This document shows, one piece after another, positions 32,635 through 47,494 of a stretch of DNA of 64,000 nt (positions are counted from its first letter, which is position 1; each line of letters opens with the position of its first letter). Position numbers and translations under genes: made by a program. This stretch comes from Flaccisagitta enflata (taxonomy: Eukaryota), in the NCBI GenBank assembly GCA_965153355.1, contig OZ231126.1:11408001-11472000 (forward strand), given 5' to 3'. Below the pieces are notes generated by a model. The model saw only the letters and a program-made list of their open reading frames with translations, made no database searches and had not been told where the DNA came from.

Positions 32635-33528
32635 TGTTAGAAACAGGCGTCTGTCCGCCGCTAGGTGTAGCCTTCTGCCCCTTTGCGTGCTTTTGGCTTT
32701 TTTCTTCCCTACTATTCGATGCCCGTGTCTTTTGTTTCCTGCCATTTTTTTATATTAACCAGATGGGTAACCATATGGTTGCCTTGATTTTGTGCCATTT
32801 GTTTTTACTACGTAGGCAAATATACGTAACTCGTCCTTCGTATCATCCACCTTTTGGATTGATTGATTTTATTTAATTATGGCATCGCTTCTTAAAGTGA
32901 TTGGTTACTGATTTTATGATCATTTGAATGCGCCCTTGGAATTCACTAATTTCAATAATCTCTCATCTTTTTTATTGCAGATAAACTAATGAACGGACAA
33001 TTAACGTTAATTTGACATCGACAGACTGTGGGTTGAAACCAACGAGAGTGGGCCTAAAAGTTTTATAGACGTGTTTCTGATTTTATTAACGTTGTTTTAT
33101 CTTGTTTTCCGGTGCTATTTTTGTCTTTTGCCCTTTTGCATTTTTATCGCTGGATTTTAGTATGGTTTTTTAACGTTTGCCCGATCAGCTATGGGGATGA
33201 TATGGATGAATTTAATGGGATGGGCCGGGGCAGGCGCTGGTATTATCAGGTGGCATGGGCTCTGAAGAAGATGAACATGTTGTCATGTGCTGTTTCTGTC
33301 CTTTATTGTGTCCTATCTCGATTTCATGTTACCTTGGTGTCACATCACAATTAACGCTCACTTTCCCCTTTCATTTTTTCCCTCTTCAGTTGCTGAAATT
33401 TTTAAGGAAAATAAAACGAGACGATCGCCTTCCTATTTTCCAATTCGGCCAACTTTCTTTCACCACAAGTCGTCAGTCAGATAGACGCTCATAGACAGTG
33501 CCAGTTGAAACTCGTGGGCGTATTTACA
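32635..33528 (+). repeat. 3' LTR
   Basis: TGTTAGAAAC...GGGCGTATTTACA followed by TSD GTGAG; the purine tract upstream is degenerate here but reads GGGGCAGAA in copy 2. Confidence 0.95.
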
Positions 33529-33659
33529 GTGAGCGTGTGTAGTTATTTGGCGGACGAATTTAGAATTTTGACCCAAATATACCCTTCAAGTAACCAGCCT
33601 TAGTACGCATCCGACAGTGTGACTGTTTGTTTGTCTCTCTGTCGGTCTGATTGTTTCCC

Positions 33660-33754
<95 letters not shown>

Positions 33755-33896
33755 CTGTCTGTCTGTCTATCTGTCTAAGACTAAGTGCTTGTCTGTGCGT
33801 TTGTGTTTGTGCGTTTCTGCGCACAGGTCACGATGCGTAGCTGTCTTCATTTTTCTCTCCACAAATTGCATATTCACCTCCCTTTTACCCTACAAG

Positions 33897-34204
33897 GTGA
33901 TGATAAAATCGTTGATGGAGCGGAATTCCGAATTAGAACATGAATTGGCGGAAGCTCAGCGGAAAGCGGAAGAAATGACTCGCAAAGCGGAAGATTTCCG
34001 ACGGACGAAAGAATCGGAAATTATTCTGGCGAAACGACTGAAGGAATTGGAAGCGGAAGCGGAAGAGTTGGCAGCGGAAAAAGACAGAGCCATCGCTGCC
34101 GCGGAAGAATGTCATAGAGAGGAGTTAATCGGTTACAAAGAACAAATACGACAACACTCGTTGACTATTGTGGCGATGGAAGATAGAGTGTCCAGAGCCA
34201 ACAG
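33897..34204 (+). CDS. FHAD1: FHAD1-like coiled-coil protein, exon
   Basis: Acceptor ccttttaccctacaAG|; YKEQIRQHSLTIVAMEDRV resembles the FHAD1 motif YKEQI.QH..TIV..E (from memory); donor ag|GTGAGT, phase 2. Confidence 0.8.
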
Positions 34205-34227
34205 GTGAGTCATGTGAATGCCAACAG

Positions 34228-35049
<822 letters not shown>

Positions 35050-36199
35050 AGTTATCACCGACCATCTCTCCTTTTCCCTTTCCCTTTTTTTCTGACCAAA
35101 GAAAACAACAACACGCAATCTACAACAAATATAATATACAGGAAATGCTGCAGCCGTTTTCATTTAAGGCTGATTGCAATCCCATTTCTTCCTCTTTACT
35201 CTCACCGGAGGCCCTTTCTTCATATTTATTTGACCCGAGGGCAAAGTCAAGGACAATCTATTTCCACGATCCGTTTCATCCTTCTCTTCTCTGTTTCTGT
35301 TCAAAAAATCTCCACTTCTTGCCTCCAGGCACCTCCCCCCTATCCTAGAAGCAGACACTTAACATTTATGGAGCAACAAGCTTTTTTGTATTTTTCACTT
35401 GTCTCGCTATTTTCCGTGCCGATTAAGTAACTTTCAGAAGAGCGCGTAAAGGTGCCCTGCTGCATGGAAGGGAATGGGATATGATAACACGGTGAAAACA
35501 GAAAGGAAAGCCAAAGAAATGAATTAAACTAAACGAAACTTTGAGAAAGTTACGAGAAGAAATTAAGTCTGTATCCAAGACCTAATTGGCATATTGCAGT
35601 ATAAATGATCGTACTATTTTGATGGATGAAGATGTAGTTTCAATATTATATGAGGCAGAACTCATGATCAATCTAGTTTAGACGCATGAGAAAAGTATTC
35701 AAGGTGGTTCTATTAAGTCATTAACCGGGGGTATCATCACGGATCTAGTTGTTATGATCTTTGACATGGATAATGTCGATCGGTAAATTCATTAATTTTA
35801 GAATTTTAGAATTTTAGAATTTATTAATTTTAGATTCATTAATTTTAGAATTTTAGAATTTTAGAATTTTAGAATTAATTTTAGAATTTAGAATATACGC
35901 GAAATTTTCAGTGGTGAGTAGTGACAAACCTCAGATCTGTGAAGTGACACAGTGAAGTTGGGCAGATAACTTGAGCACTATTCGCACCAAGAGACTCCCA
36001 TGAGAGCTACCGCACCTAATGTCCTCCGACCTTTTAAGAATCGAGAACGGGCGCAGAAAAAATGCTGCCGTCAGTACCGCTGGATACGCCAATCACTTCA
36101 TCTGTATTCACCATGATTATCTTCCCTTTTCCCTCACACACCCCTTCCACAAACATTTCCATCCGCCCCTTCCACCCCCCCCCCTACTCCCCCTCTCAG

Positions 36200-36521
36200 A
36201 CAAAGTCAAGAGCAAGCAGCCGAGATGGAAGAACGATTCAACGAAATTTCGGCGCTCGAGGCCAAGATCCGTCAACTGGAAGAGGAAAAGGAAAATCATG
36301 CGCTGGAGGCGTCCGCAGACTCGGAAGCCATGAAGAGACTCTCGGGAAGAGGAGGAAGAGGAGGAGGAGCTGATGGAGGCATCGATTACACGGCCAAAGA
36401 TATTTACGCCATGGAACAACTCATTCTGTTGTTGAGGAGAGAGACGGCGGATTTCAAAGTGGCTTTGAAGGAGAGAGACGAGACGATTGTGGGCATGAGG
36501 AAGGATCTACAAGGGGCGCAG
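36200..36521 (+). CDS. FHAD1: FHAD1-like coiled-coil protein, exon
   Basis: Acceptor ctccccctctcAG|36200 is phase 2 and matches the previous donor; heptad-like QEQAAEMEERFNEISALEAKIRQLEEE...LKERDETIVGMRKDLQGAQ; donor cag|GTGAGG, phase 0. Confidence 0.8.
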
Positions 36522-36530
36522 GTGAGGAAA

Positions 36531-36653
36531 ATGGTGATGATGATGGTGATGGTGATGGTGATGGTGATGGTGATGTCGATGGTGATGATGATGATGGTGA
36601 TGGTGATGGTGATGATGATGATAATGATGATGATGGTTATGGTGATGGTGATT

Positions 36654-36707
<54 letters not shown>

Positions 36708-36711
36708 ATGG

Positions 36712-36781
<70 letters not shown>

Positions 36782-36807
36782 AATGGTTAAGATACTGATG
36801 ATGATGT

Positions 36808-36851
<44 letters not shown>

Positions 36852-36860
36852 GTGCTAAAT

Positions 36861-36934
<74 letters not shown>

Positions 36935-36935
36935 C
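36531..36935. repeat. Intronic (GAT/GGT)n microsatellite
   Basis: Directly visible. Confidence 0.95.
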
Positions 36936-37121
36936 CATGATAGTAATGCCATAATTCTGATTATGAATTGACTGAAATGATGATGACTGAAATGATGCCA
37001 TGAAGTGATGATGATCATGAGGAACAATTTTGCGATGATAATGATGTTGATGTTGATGTTCAAAGAAGAAGCAACAACCACGCCCTACATTTTTCTTTCA
37101 CGCCCCCCCCCCTTTCCAAAG

Positions 37122-37604
37122 GCCAAGCTTTCGGACATGACCGGTGAATTATCGGAAGAACAAAAACTCTTCATAGAAGACTTACAATCATTGGCTGAAA
37201 CACAAAGAGCCGATTTGATATCAGCTAATCAGAAACTGACTTCTCTCTCGACGGCCGTGGAAACGCAAACCAAAGAAATTTCCAGTTTAAATTCGGAATT
37301 AACACAAAAATCGAATCAAATTTCGAAACTCGAAAACCGCCTTCAAGAATCGGAAGCGAAAAACGAATCCTTGAAGGCGGAAGTTGAAACGCTTCGTCAA
37401 GCGAAAGCCGCCCTCGAGGCCGCGGCGGAGGAGAATCAGACGCTGACGAAAGAGTTGGCGAATCTCGGGGCGCAATGTCGAGGAGAACGCCATAGTCACG
37501 TGATACAAAGGCAAAGAGAAGCGTTGAGTGAGATGAGGAACAAGATCAGGACGCTGGAGTCAACGAGGCCGCCAACGCTGGATAAGGAAGAAGCGCTACA
37601 GCAG
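37122..37604 (+). CDS. FHAD1: FHAD1-like coiled-coil protein, exon
   Basis: Acceptor ccctttccaaAG|, phase 0; AKLSDMTGELSEEQK and LGAQCRGERHSHVIQRQREALSEMRNKIRTLE resemble FHAD1 motifs (SD..GEL.E.QK; GA.C.G.RH..VIQRQ..ALSE.R..I..LE); donor cag|GTGATT. Confidence 0.85.
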
Positions 37605-37634
37605 GTGATTGTAGCAGGTTGTTGCTGTTGTTGT

Positions 37635-37666
<32 letters not shown>

Positions 37667-37705
37667 CTGCTGCTGCTGCTGTTGCTGTTGTTGTTGCTGT
37701 TGTTG

Positions 37706-40700
37706 TCCACGAAAAGCCTTCAGGATCTTTGACTTGCTTCAGATGTCTATTCGGTTGGATCATGTGGAAAACGGGCAAGAGAGGACTAGATATTGCATCA
37801 ATCAACGCCATCGCGACGGATGACCGCGCGCCTCAATGATAACATCGCATCGCATCTCCATAATCGCGCCTCAACAGCAACATTGACCGCACCTTCTACC
37901 ATGATTTTGCATCATCAATCGCCTCGCAAGAGGAGATGTGGTGATTCCTTGAAATGTCAGGAGCGCAAAAACGTTAGAGGAAAAAGACATAGCTTTTTGC
38001 CCAATTGTGAAAATACTTGCTCCTGTCACATGGAAATTTCATCACGAAAATATCATGGAGATTCTGAGAAGAGTGAAATCACGACCGACGATGAAGCTAC
38101 CCGGCAACCAACGCTGCCTAAGCGTGATCCAGCCTTCAAAGAAAGAGTCTTCCGTGAAATTGAGAAGTTTTACGAGACGGGAGTGGCGATTGAGATTGAC
38201 AACGTCGACGACGACGACGGCATTGAGAAGTCAGCGCTGGTATTTGCCGCGCGCTTCATATTGTTAATGGCGCGGAAAAATCTGCGTATGTCACGATGCA
38301 CGTGCACTCGATGGGATCTCGCTCAATGATTTGAGCTCAAGGAGGTCTAAATCTCTGATGAATAATAGCTCTGATGGACATCCCCTACTGCTATTAGTGG
38401 AAAACTCGCTTTATGTGTGATATAAAGTATGCCATCTCAAATCACATCCATCCTGACGACGCTGATTTATTCAGATTCTTTTGGTTCATGGACCGCACTC
38501 TTCGAGAAGCAATTTTGAATCTGTTTCTATCACACGTCTTCGGCAGCCAATCCAGCTCATTCGTCACATCGCTCACTGTCAGAAAGCATACTGAAGTCAT
38601 CCGGCCCAAATATCCCCACAACGCCTACGATCTTTTATTCGCTTCGGCTTCTACGCCGACGACGGAAGTGGGGGTGGGGATTCGGTCGACGAAGCACTGC
38701 AGTTGAAGGTGGATGCAGGGGCGGCGATGGCTGAAGGCGGGATGGATCTTGTGAAGTGGAAAAGTAATGCGCGACAATTGATGGATGGAGATCCAAATGT
38801 GCCAATCCCCATTTCAGATAAACAAGATGATGCGCCGATGTAGGTGTTATGCGTCTCATGGCTTCCAGCGGAAGACGTCTTCATTTTCATCTGCGACGAA
38901 GAATTCAAAACTCTAAGAGCAAAAACACCTCGTCAATTGGTCTCCATGCAAGCTAAACTTTATGATCCATTGGGATTTTGGAGTCCAAGTGCAGACGACA
39001 TCTTCAACTCTGTCGTCCACAGGAAGTGGGATGGGATTCGCCCTTGGAAGAGAGTGTCGAGGAATCCTTCTTCCGCTACACTTCATCTTGGCCTCTTCTA
39101 CAACAATACCGAATTGAACGTCAGGAATGGGCGGCTGCCGACAACAGTGACATTAAGTAAATAACAATTGAGATCTTCTGTATGCTCCAAAAGGCGGATA
39201 TGGAGCAGCTGTATATCGACGTCAAGTCAAATCAGGTATGGAGATGTTCACATTTCATTCATATCGCTCCAAATCTTCACGCCATTCCACTCAATCCAAA
39301 ACGTGCTTCTCATCACAACAATGCTCCACGCTTCGAGATTGTATCCTCAGAAAAGGCAGTGCAGCTCAAACGCTTCGCCGGAAGGACCATCAATTTAGAC
39401 AAACTTGTCGCCAGATTTTGGTCTGATTCTGAATCTGCACTGAAGATGATTTACAATCCGGCGAAACCGAGGCCTGTATTTTTCGCCAATCGTCTCTCCA
39501 AGATCCATAGCGGGTCTGATCCTCAACAGTGGCGCTGGGTTGATTCTTCAAACAACCCGAAGGACCACTGCAGCAGAGGCATCCAGGCTCATGTCGCGGA
39601 AAAATGGCGTCAATTCCATCACGGTCCCGCATTTTTTGCGTCTTCCCGAAGATCAATGGCCAAAGACGAACATCGCGACGTGCCCTGTTTCTGCACAAGT
39701 CGCTGCATTGTATGTGGCTGAAAGTGAAAAGAAAGAAGTGGCTGACGCGATACTTCTTGCAGCAGCTTCTCGGGGAAATGGATGCACAAGTTGCGGATCA
39801 TCGGCATGGTTCTTATCGCAGCCAAAAGGTGGAGAGCGATCCAAGGGGCTAAGACATCAGCGACAAAGACTTCCTAAACCGGAAGTGACGCAAGACGTCT
39901 TGGAGGAGGCGCGCAAACAGCTCGTCAAGTCAATGCAGCGGCATCATTATTCAGACGTCTTGGAACAATTGGAGTTGGGAAAAGTCTTCAAGCCAGAAAG
40001 CCATGACTTCACATCAAAAATAAAGAGATGCGGAAATTGAATCCTTTCGTCGACGACGACAGCATCATTCGAGGCTGCAGCCGATTGGAGAACGCCGACA
40101 TCGTACATGACGCTAAATTTCCCTTCATTCTGCTGTACCAAAGACGTAGAATGTGAAATCATTAACTCACTGCATTATCATCACAATGATTTTCTATCGC
40201 TGGTGTAAAGCATACGTTGTGCCAACTACGCCAGTTTGTGTGGATATGTGCTATTCCAGCGCCAAGAGCTGCCGTCAACACGTGCCTAGATGTGCCAGAA
40301 GAACTTTAAAAGCAGCCCAAATCAGCAAATGGCCAATCTTCCATCAAATCGCGACAATCCTGCACCTGTCTTTGCAGAGACTGGATTGGATGTCATGGGG
40401 CATATCAAAGTCAAGATGATCGGAAGTGCTGATCACAAAAAAAGGATCGCAGTGCTCACCTGTTTTGTGTCACGCGCCATTCATGTGGAATTGCTCTTCA
40501 ACATGTCAGCTGATGGTAATGGCAATCATCCGCTGTGCAGCAGATGGCGCCAGACTCCATGTTTACCTCAGATTGCTGGACGAACTAGTAGGCGCCTGGT
40601 CAATATCCTCAAGAAGGAAATGGAAGCTAAATCATCATTAACTCCTTCTAACTGCAGCGGCGCGGCTCTTCGTGGATTTATCACGCCGAGAACACCCACT

Positions 40701-43700
40701 ATGGAGGGGTGTGGGGAGAGAATCGTTTCTCTCTTTAAGCGCCATCTTGCTTCCATCTCACCCGCCATCCTCCACGTCACGCTTCTAACACTGCTGCTGC
40801 TTCTGCTAAGGACTCTCAATCGCGCCCTCTGACAGCGCTCAGCGATGATCCAAATGACTCTGAGGCCTCACTAATCATATCCTTGTCCATCGATATCCGG
40901 CTGCCCTCTAGATCTGGTGCAACAAGGCCAACCACGCCACTCTGCGAAGCATCTGCAATGAGGCGTGCTAATCATGTAGATGCATTTGGAAATCGTGAGG
41001 GTTTAATACTTGTCGGCTTCACGCGCGAAGCAAATGGTCGAGATCCGAGAAAGACTTTGCGGTTGATGACATGGTCATCGTCATGGACGAAACGCTGCCT
41101 CGTTGCCACTGGCGAGACGTGTCATGGGCGCGAGGGTCTGGTCAGCCTGTCCGGAGGCTTGATCCGGGGCGCCAAGATGGAAGGATCGTGACGAAAGACC
41201 GCACGAAGCTCGTGCGTGCTGGAATTGGACCTCATAAAAACGCTAAGTTTTGAGAGAGAGAGAAAAAGATGGCCTGTCTATTAGTAATCATAGATATGAC
41301 ATTGAAACTCTGACTTGTTATATTTTTACAAAGAGTTGTTATTATTCATATTTGGTTCTGATGATTCATGCTTCTTAATTCCTTTCCTCTTGTTAATTAT
41401 GTTGTCCATTTCCACTTACACATTAAACACTGATTCATTCGCTCTGTCTATATGTACATATTATTGTGCCAAATCCGTTCTTACCATTATCAGTTCTCAT
41501 TAACATTTCAAAGCTTCCGCTGACGTACGTCATTCCATCTACGAAGTCAGTTCGATCTTGAAGCCGCTCGTCGGAGTCAAGATGTCCTGCCAGCAGCGTC
41601 TCGAGGCTGAAGCGGACGTGTCGACGCCGTACGGATCCTGGGATCTCCATCGACTCTTCAGCGACGGCTCGACTGAGAGGGATCTGCATCCACGACGCCG
41701 TTCGGGGCGGAGGAGGAGGCTGTCGCGCTGGCAGCCTTCAATGGCGACCTTCGTTCCGCCGTAGACGCAAAAATGGCGAATAAAAAGCGTCAACAAAGAT
41801 GATGCGTGGAAAATCACAACAGCCTTCCAACGCTGCTGATCCCGGTCATTTCTCCACAGACAATAAAGATGGAGGATCGGTATGGATCTCATCAATCGTC
41901 ACGGGACGGGATTCTATTCACCATCACAGCGTCATCATCATCATCGGATTTGCCCCCATCGCCGCCAATTCTGCCTGATTTCCGGTCGCCCAGCCGCCCG
42001 GGATCAAGCCGCCTGCAGCTGCACATCACCCAGCGGGCATGAGATTGGTCACGATGGAGCAAGAGGAGCGCAAAACTAAAGCAGTCACATGAGTGGAGCA
42101 GGACAAGGAGGTTCGCCGCATGGTCCAGGCGACGAAGAGGAAGAATGCGGCTCCTGATGCAACTGCAAACTCATCTGCTGCAACTTCCGTCGACGCTGCC
42201 GCAACTCCACCAGCGGTATTTGCGCTCGACGCAGCCGCAGCTACATCAGCGGCAATTCACTCTACAGCATCAGGAAGTCGTCAATCGCGCCCTGGATTGG
42301 TTCATCCCCCAAATCAGCAGCAACAGGGTCCTCGTGACGTCACTCCCTCACAACAGCCGAAGAGATCACGTCGGGGAAAGACTCCACAAACGCGCAATGT
42401 GCCGAGTCAACAAAAGGGCCAAATTCCAAAAGCAAAGGCCTCTCTGCTGCGCCTTCCGCGCGCTCCCCAACGTCAGCGCCAAGGAGAAGCTTCAAGCGGT
42501 TCGTCGACGGCAACGCGGCAGCAACTCCAGAAGCACCAGGCGCTCGGGGCAGCTGCAAAGGGAAGAAGACCCAGAGAGCTGGGAAGAAGCACAAAGCAGC
42601 AACCAAGGGAGGTTCTACTTGCGGCGCCGCGCCCGCTGTTAAAACCTCAAGTCTCTGGTCAGCAGATCGGAGCGCCTTCCTTTCACTCGCAGCCATCAAA
42701 GCCGCTGTAGAAGTTAACTATGCGTTTCAGCATCTGTTAAAGCTGGTAGCGCCTCGTCAGGGCAAACCGAAGCCCGTCTAAGGTCTGCGCAAAGTGCAGA
42801 ACCCGGCCTCCCGCGGATCCAGCCTTGGATCCTGCGCATGGACACACTACATCGCCGAAATATTGTTAATACGAGAAGCCTCTTTACTGACCTCAAATGC
42901 TCCATTGGGGGTGGTGAAGAATTTAGCATCAAGGCTTCCAAAAGACTTCTTCACAAGCCGCTCGCCTGCCACCAGGCAGCTGTTGTCAAGTCTTAGACGA
43001 GAGGATTCGCCGCAACATCCAAAAGGAGAGACGATAGCCATGAGCAGCAATGGCTATGACAATGAGGTGGTCAAAGGCAATAAGCTAGAAGTCGCGGGAA
43101 CTGGAGCAGCTGAAAGGAGAAGCAGGCCTGTGCGATGAAGGCTAAGAAAGAGAAGCGGTGAACGCCAGAAGGCGGTTATGGCCGCCGACTTTAAAATCCG
43201 CAGCCTCGCCGTGACGCCCAAAATTTCGACTGGCCAATTGCGATGCAGCACTCACCCTCCTGCGTCTTCCTGCAGCAGAAAAGTCGGTCAGCAGATCCTG
43301 TCGCAAAAGACGCTCCCAAGCCTGGGAATAAGAAAATCGAACCAGGCCTTGGAAAAATCGGACCGCCAGCTAAACGCTGATTGGTGCCACGCCCAGTTGC
43401 TGTTCAATTTAATTACCAATTTGCAACATGGCGTGGAGAGCGCGCTTATTCTGAGGATCGTATTCCACTATCACATCCTCATCCCATCGATGACAGGCTG
43501 GGAGTCGGGGCGCCACCTGGGCGTGTGGGAATGACGCCCGCCCGGCCTGGCGAAAACGCCCGCGTAAGTATCATGGTTCTGGGAAGGGTTGAGGTTGAGT
43601 TTTTGGTGTGAATTTGAATCTGTGTACGATAAGAACTTTATTAATCAATCTGCCCTTTTTCTTTCTCTTCCTTTTCTTTCCCTTCGGGGAGGATCCACTC

Positions 43701-45288
43701 TCAGACTGCTGCACCACCTGCGCTTTTCGATGCGGTCGTCGTTTACGACACCACTCATCGCCTTTCGCCCACGAGTTGACGGGGTGTTGGAGCCGGAATG
43801 ACCCGCTCGTCTCTGTAATGGAGAAGGCGCAGGTGATGTGGTCGTTCCATGATGCTTGCTAATTTTCTTTTTATCTTACAGATTCGTTTTTATATATAGT
43901 TAGTAATTTATTTAATTTTGTCTTGTTTTGTTTGGTTCTTTGGAACATGTACATTTTTGTTGTATTTGAGCTTTAGACATGGTCTTTAGTCACATTACTT
44001 GTAATACTTTCAGAGACAGTTTTAGTAGTATGCCCCCACTTATCTTTTCCACTCTCAAGCCAAACTTGTGGCTTGGAGTGCTCGAGTCTGCTCCCTTCCC
44101 CCTTCCCTTTAACTTCTTCAGAACGTGGCGCCTCAACCTCGTCGCCGCCGCCCTGCCTCCATCCGCGTCATTGACGGCGTACTTGTTGGTGGATCCTTTC
44201 CGGACGGGAATCATCATTCAGGCAGTCGTCGATCTGTTGATAGCCAGGTGGGGATGCAGGAGGCGGTGACGGGGGAGAGGCGGGGGCAGGCCCATGTAAA
44301 TTTTTTTAAGGAAGGTAGTATCGTTTTTTTAGCAGGGTTTCCCGACTGAAACTAGGTGTCGGATTTTGGAAATTGCAATCCAAAAATGGGGCAGAATGTT
44401 AGAAATGTATGTCTGTCCGTCTCTTAGGTGTGTGTGCCTTCTGTCTCTTTGCGTGTTTTTGCTTTTTTTTCTCTTCATCATTCGATGTCTGTAATTTCTT
44501 TTGTTTCTGCCGTTTTATATTGAACGCTAGATGGGTAACCATATGGTTGCGCCTTGATTTTGTGCCATTTGTTTTTACTACGTAGGCAAATATACGTAAC
44601 TCGTCCTTCGTATCATCCAATTTTTGGATTGATTGATTTTATTTATTTACGGCATCGCTTCTTAAAGTGATTGATTGATTTTTATGATCGTTTGAATGCG
44701 CCCTTGGAATTCACCATCTCAATAATCTCTCATCTTTTTATTGCAGACAAACTAATGAACGGACACCAACGCACTCACATCGACAGACTGGCTGGAAGTT
44801 CAACTAAAGTGGGCCTAAAAGTAAGTTTTATAGACGCGTTTCTGCTTTTATTAACGTTGTTTTTATCTTGTCTCCGGTCTGTTATTTTTGTCTTTTGCCC
44901 TTTTGCATTTTTATCGCCGGATTTTAGTATGGTTTTTATCGTTTGTCCGATCAGCTTGCTATAGGGATGATATGGATGAATTCAATGGGATGGGTCAGCA
45001 GGGCAGGTATTATTTGTGTGGCATGGGCTCTGAAGAAGATGAACATGTTGTCATGTGCTGTTTCTGTCCTTTATTGTGTCCTATCTCGATTTCATGTTAT
45101 CTTTTGCGTTTGCTGATCACAATTAACGCCCACTTTCCCTTTCATTTTTCCCCTTCAGTTGTTGAAATTTTTGTTTTAACAACAAGACGATCGCCTTCCT
45201 ATTTTCCCACCGGCTAACTTCTTTCGCACGCAAGTCGTCAGTCAGATAGATGGCTCATAGACAGTGCCAGCGAAACTTCAAAGCGTAT
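37706..45288 (+). mobile_element. Second copy of the same Bel/Pao family, 5'-truncated and indel-rich (partial pol, ORF3 region, 3' LTR)
   Basis: Colinear with copy 1 from about 25580 onward (GCCTTCAGGATCTTTGACTTGC); many frameshifts; lacks gag, the 5' LTR, the terminal TTACA and a TSD. Confidence 0.92.
44397..45288 (+). repeat. 3' LTR of the second copy (3' tip degraded)
   Basis: Polypurine tract GGGGCAGAA then TGTTAGAAATGTATGTCTGTCC...; similarity ends at GCGTAT, about 45288. Confidence 0.9.
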
Positions 45289-45346
45289 CGAGATAATTCG
45301 AAGAGCGGAGCGTGGAAAACAGAATTAATGGAAGTGAGAAAGTGAA

Positions 45347-45399
<53 letters not shown>

Positions 45400-46556
45400 A
45401 AGAAACAAAAGAAATTTCAATCTCTCAGAAAATTATGAGCACCATTTTCTTACTCTATTGCCTTTTTTTCCCTTTTTTAGTTTTTTTTTCCTCTTGTTCT
45501 TTTTTTTTAACTCTATCTTTCTTTTTCTTTTCTTTCCTTTTCTTTTCTTTTTGTCTCATTCGTGCATGTAGCAGCCCAAAATGTAGCAAATAAATGAGGA
45601 CATGGTCATCAGTTATCACAAGAAAGACTTGTACGGACTATGAAGGGACTTGCTGGCTATCTTGTCCCGGGAGCTTTGGTCCCAAAGGCCAGTAATCAAG
45701 CTATGAAATTTGGACATCACCACTAATTTACTACCCAACGATAAATAAACTAACATCCTTAAGGTGAAAGCCTTTAGAGCTTGAATTTGTAAGAAACGAT
45801 TCTTGAGTTCTAAAACCAGCGTTTAAGCCGTCTTAGAGTATATTCAGTAACAACTGCGAAAAGTTGTTGCCTCAGACATCAACTTTTTCTGTCGTTACTC
45901 GTCACAACCGTATCCTTTTGTAAAGATATGATTGTTATCCCCATTTGTTCATGTTATGACAAGCGCGCTTAGCAAGTGTGTACCGCATCTATCACTACAA
46001 TCTACATCGGTACGTCTATCTGTCCATCCATCCATCCATCCGTTACGCCTCTTGAAAAAAACAAGGCCGGATACACGGCAGGACAGTCGCGGACGATTGG
46101 GCAGGGGCGGCAATGCGAAAACCGCTCGCAATCTAAATATGTTACGGGACGGATCGACGATCCGACGGACAGACATGGCAGGTGTAGAGCGTGTCCACAA
46201 TTAAAATAGTAGTTCATGTATTTTCCAATACAATTAACTCTCTTGTACCTAAACCCTAATACAAGTTCTTTTTGACCATGAAAATTTTAAATTCTGTCAC
46301 AAGTCTAAAAGAGGTTCTGTCCATCTGTCTGTGTCTCTAACTGTATCTCAGCCTTCTCTCTTTCTCTCTCTCTTTCTCTCTCTCACCGCGATTCGTGTCA
46401 TGGGCATGAAGGCACGCTCGCTGTCGACCGCGGATGTAAAACGCGTTCAAGGCACGCAAGCACGCGCTCGCTCTGTCTCTAGATTAATTAATCGCTCCAA
46501 AGACACAGAGAAAGAGAGACAGAGATAGAGAGAGACACGGGGATATATGACAACGA

Positions 46557-46666
<110 letters not shown>

Positions 46667-46824
46667 GTAATTATGACGATCGATGTCCCTGATAAAAATG
46701 TCATCTAGACCTTGACAAAGATGTTGATGATGATGATGATGATGATGAGGAGGAGGAGGATGATGATGACGATGATGACGAGGCTGATGGCGATGGTGAA
46801 GGTGATGGTGATGATGACGATGGC

Positions 46825-46904
<80 letters not shown>

Positions 46905-47035
46905 CGTTCATAATCATTACGATTTTCATGATTTGGTGGACAAAGCAAACAAAACAAAACAAAATAGTCGCAAAAGCGTTAGATGGTCAGCGGTACCCGT
47001 TGCCCCTGGTATATGTGGGTGTGCCATGGTGAGAG

Positions 47036-47494
47036 GGGCAGCAGCTCACAAGAATTCAATGACCTGTGCTTACTTTGTTTTGAAGCTCTAGAATTGAACT
47101 TGAGCATCAATAATGGGATTTGAGCCTCAAGGCTGTGATTTGAGCCAAAAGACCATGATTAGAGCCTTTAGGCTGTGATTTTAGTCTCAAGGCTGTTATT
47201 TGAGTCTCAAGGCTGGGATTTGAGGCTTTAGGCTAGGATTTGAGGCTTTAGGCTTGGCTTTGAGCCTCGAGGCTGGGATTTGAGGCTTTAGGCTGGGAAT
47301 TGAGCCTTGAGGCTGGGATTTGAGCTTCTTGGCTGGGATTTGGACCTTGAGGCTAGGATTTGGGCCTCGAGAATGAGATTTGGGCCTCAAGGCTGGGATA
47401 TGAGCTTCAAAGGGGTGGACAGAGAAGGAGGAGAAGGAGAAATTTCCCCTATGTGTGAAAGCATAGGTCATTGGCCCCTTTGGAGCCGCTGCCC
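47036..47494. mobile_element. MITE-like element with about 35-bp imperfect TIRs and an internal about 21-bp minisatellite
   Basis: GGGCAGCAGCTC..CAATGACCTGTGCTT vs AAGCATAGGTCATTG..GAGCCGCTGCCC; internal GGCTGGGATTTGAGCCTCAA-type units. Confidence 0.6.

Larger units (their letters stand above)
20403..33528 (+). mobile_element. Full-length Bel/Pao LTR retrotransposon, 13.1 kb, 5-bp TSD GTGAG
   Basis: TG...CA direct LTRs; GTGAG at 20398-20402 and 33529-33533; domain order Gag (three Cys/His knuckles)-PR-RT-RH-IN with Bel/Pao signature motifs. Confidence 0.97.
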
